This document shows, in pieces, positions 61,733 through 64,000 of a DNA stretch of 64,000 nt. A program made the translations under genes and the position numbers. The stretch is from Clostridia bacterium. Its GTDB lineage: Bacteria > Bacillota > Clostridia > Oscillospirales > CAG-272. Location of the stretch: positions 7,335-71,334 of the forward strand of contig JAFUIQ010000001.1 of assembly GCA_017468385.1 (NCBI GenBank). The letters run 5' to 3'. Within the stretch, counting starts at the first letter, position 1. Every line of letters begins with the position of its first letter. Under the pieces are notes generated by a model. It saw only the letters and a program-made list of their open reading frames with translations, searched no databases and had not been told where the DNA came from.

Positions 61733-64000
61733 ATGTTACACGAAAATTGGTATTTTGATCCGGCCAAGCCGGACACCGTTCCTGCCATCCTGCATGATAT
61801 ATTAGATAAGAAAGGCATTTTGTGCGATGACATCCGTCTGGTTTGCAAAACGGATATCAATCGGGATCTGGTGCGCTGTGATAATTACATTCTGGCAACG
61901 GATGAGGAAATCATCCTCCTCAGCGGAAGCAGTTCCGCCGTGGAGAATGCCGGACGGAATCTTCTCCCCGGGCGCCGTGCCCGCACCCAATTTCAGGAAC
62001 TGAGTTGGGATGTGCTTCCCCTGCAGGACATCGTCGAGTGCAAAATGGAAGAACAGCTTTCCTCCGGCAGAATCACGGCCAAGATGGAATCCGGAGTCTA
62101 CGAATTGGTGGCCAATCTGTCCAACACATACAAGGACGATGCCTATCAGGCGGTTAAATTTCTGAATCAACTGAAAAAAGAGAAAAAGATCACCCCCGCC
62201 GAGGAATCCAAAACCAAGCAGCGCGCGGATCAGTTTTGTCCGAAATGCGGCAACCGCTATGTGGACGCGGAGCGGAAGATCTGTCCCAAATGTCTGGATC
62301 GGGGCAAGATTCTCTCCCGCATCGGTGTCTTTCTCGGCAAGTACAAGTTGTCCATTGCCGCCGTGGCCGCTACGCTGATCCTCAGCAGTGCTTTGGGCAT
62401 CATCGCGCCCTATGTATCCTCCGGCTTCTACTACGACGAGGTACTGAACGATAGCGGCTCCTTCTATGGCCAACTCCTGCTGGTATTGGGCATTGTGATC
62501 GGCACCAAACTCCTCAATCTGGTCGTTGGCATGATCAACTCCATCGTGAGCAGCACGGTGGCGGCCAAACTGGTATACGATCTGAAAACCGTGATCTTCA
62601 ACTCCATTGAGCGGCTGTCCCTCAGTTTCTTCACCAACAAGCAGACCGGCGGATTGATGACGCAGGTAAACCGGGACGCATCCACCATCTACTGGTTCTT
62701 CTGCGACGGTCTTCCCTATTTTCTGATCAACATCGTGCAGATCCTCATTATTGTGGTGATCATGCTGATCATGAATCCTCTGCTGACCCTGCTGTCGCTG
62801 GTGACCGTTCCGCTGGTGTTCGTTCTGATCAAGAAACTGTTCAGCCACATGGACGCGCTCCACTCCCGCCGCTACAACCGATCCCGCCGCATGAATGCCA
62901 TTCTCAACGACGCCCTCAGCGGCATCCGCGTAGTCAAGGCCTTTGCCAAGGAGAAGGAGGAGGTATCCCGCTTTAACCGCTCCAGCGTGGCTGTGGCCGA
63001 TGCGGAGCGAAAATCCTCCCGGTTCTCCACCGTTGCCTTCCCCGGATTGAATCTGCTTCTGTACGTCAGCAACATCGTGATCCTGGGTGTGGGCGGATGG
63101 ATGGTGATCGACGGAAAACTGTCCTACGGCACGCTGATGACCTTTATCGCTTACATGAATATGGTGTACAGTCCCATGTTCTTCTTCGCGGATATGACCT
63201 ACATGGCGGCGGACAGCATGAATGCCATGAACCGCCTGATCGAAATCATGGATGCGAAGGCGGATGTGGAAGAGCGGCCGGATGCCATCCGCTTGCCCCA
63301 TCCCGAGGGACGGGTGGAATTCCGGGATGTGGAATTTTCCTACGAAAAGAATCGCAAGATCATCGACGGCGTATCCTTTGAGATCGAGCCGGGACGGGTG
63401 ATCGGCATTGTGGGCCACACGGGTGCCGGGAAATCCACCCTGGCCAATCTGCTGATCCGTCTGTATGACACCGCCGCCGGCGGGATTTATATCGACGGAA
63501 TCAACGTACGGGACATCGCCTTTGAGGATCTGCGCAAGAACATCGCCATCGTGTCCCAGGAAACCTATCTGTTCATGGGAACGATTCTGGACAACATCAA
63601 GTACGCCAATCCGGACGCCACGGAGGAAGAAGTCCTGCGCGCGTCCAAGGCGGCGGGGGCCCATGATTTCATCATCAAGCTGCCGGATGCCTACGCCACG
63701 CAGATCGGTGTGGGATACAAGGATCTGTCCGGCGGTGAGCGGCAGCGGATCTCCATCGCCCGGGCCATTCTGCGCAATCCGAAAATCCTGATACTGGACG
63801 AGGCCACGGCCGCCATGGACACGCAAACCGAGCGAAAGATCCAGACGGCGCTGGAAAAGTTGATCGTGGGCCGTACCACCATCATGATCGCCCATCGTCT
63901 GTCCACCCTGCGGGATGCGGACAAGCTGATCGTTATTGAAAACGGAAAAATGCCGGAGTTCGGCACCCATCTGGAGCTTTTGAAGAAGAAAGGCATTTAC
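61733..64000 (+). CDS. ABC exporter (fused permease-ATPase) with a roughly 195 aa N-terminal cytoplasmic extension containing a zinc ribbon; 3' end beyond the window
   Basis: Not in the ORF track because there is no stop in the window. ATG at 61733 with an AAAGGAG SD. Hand translation gives MLHENWYFDPAKPDTVPAILHDILDKKGIL....FCPKCGNRYVDAERKICPKC, then a six-TM ABC_membrane region. It continues with GHTGAGKSTL (Walker A), LSGGERQRISIARA and ILILDEATAAMD. The frame is still open at 64000. Confidence 0.88.
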   Translation, partial: MLHENWYFDPAKPDTVPAILHDILDKKGILCDDIRLVCKTDINRDLVRCDNYILATDEEIILLSGSSSAVENAGRNLLPGRRARTQFQELSWDVLPLQDIVECKMEEQLSSGRITAKMESGVYELVANLSNTYKDDAYQAVKFLNQLKKEKKITPAEESKTKQRADQFCPKCGNRYVDAERKICPKCLDRGKILSRIGVFLGKYKLSIAAVAATLILSSALGIIAPYVSSGFYYDEVLNDSGSFYGQLLLVLGIVIGTKLLNLVVGMINSIVSSTVAAKLVYDLKTVIFNSIERLSLSFFTNKQTGGLMTQVNRDASTIYWFFCDGLPYFLINIVQILIIVVIMLIMNPLLTLLSLVTVPLVFVLIKKLFSHMDALHSRRYNRSRRMNAILNDALSGIRVVKAFAKEKEEVSRFNRSSVAVADAERKSSRFSTVAFPGLNLLLYVSNIVILGVGGWMVIDGKLSYGTLMTFIAYMNMVYSPMFFFADMTYMAADSMNAMNRLIEIMDAKADVEERPDAIRLPHPEGRVEFRDVEFSYEKNRKIIDGVSFEIEPGRVIGIVGHTGAGKSTLANLLIRLYDTAAGGIYIDGINVRDIAFEDLRKNIAIVSQETYLFMGTILDNIKYANPDATEEEVLRASKAAGAHDFIIKLPDAYATQIGVGYKDLSGGERQRISIARAILRNPKILILDEATAAMDTQTERKIQTALEKLIVGRTTIMIAHRLSTLRDADKLIVIENGKMPEFGTHLELLKKKGIY

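Overview
This 64 kb window looks like ordinary chromosome from a moderately GC-rich, spore-forming Firmicute, probably Clostridia-like. The taxon guess is inference only and rests on dpaA/dpaB, a GerA/SpoVAF-type gene, a DacB/DacF-type carboxypeptidase and a yajC/TIGR04086/SCIFF-maturase-type neighbourhood. I support about 59 protein-coding genes, mostly housekeeping.

Gene content by theme:
- Amino acid and nucleotide metabolism: serC-serA, lysC, purC, a GMP-synthase ATP-PPase subunit.
- DNA repair, transcription and translation: ruvA-ruvB-radC-like, greA, ychF, yajC.
- Sugar metabolism: uxaC.
- Regulation: two two-component elements, one GntR/YtrA-type regulator, one XRE-type regulator.
- Transport: five ABC systems and a SulP permease.

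I recognised no rRNA, tRNA, CRISPR array, transposase, integrase or prophage genes. Several near-consensus sigma-A-type promoters and many hairpin plus T-run terminators can be read directly.

The window is not obviously an accessory island. The items most worth a second look are:
1. An EF-G/Tet(M)-like GTPase fused to a YacP/Rae1-type NYN ribonuclease domain (49914-52481).
2. An AT-rich cassette with a secreted 7-Cys protein, a double-FtsX permease and an ABC ATPase (5804-8892).
3. A MutS-domain-V-only ATPase overlapped by a small membrane-protein ORF (10031-11934).
4. A SCIFF-maturase-like protein that lacks the radical-SAM core and has no precursor gene (49240-49893).
5. A tandem hairpin-bearing repeat upstream of purC (41674-41841).
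6. A roughly 680 bp non-coding leader upstream of tspO (3085-3766).

All homology calls come from reading the translations against remembered family motifs. No database search was run.
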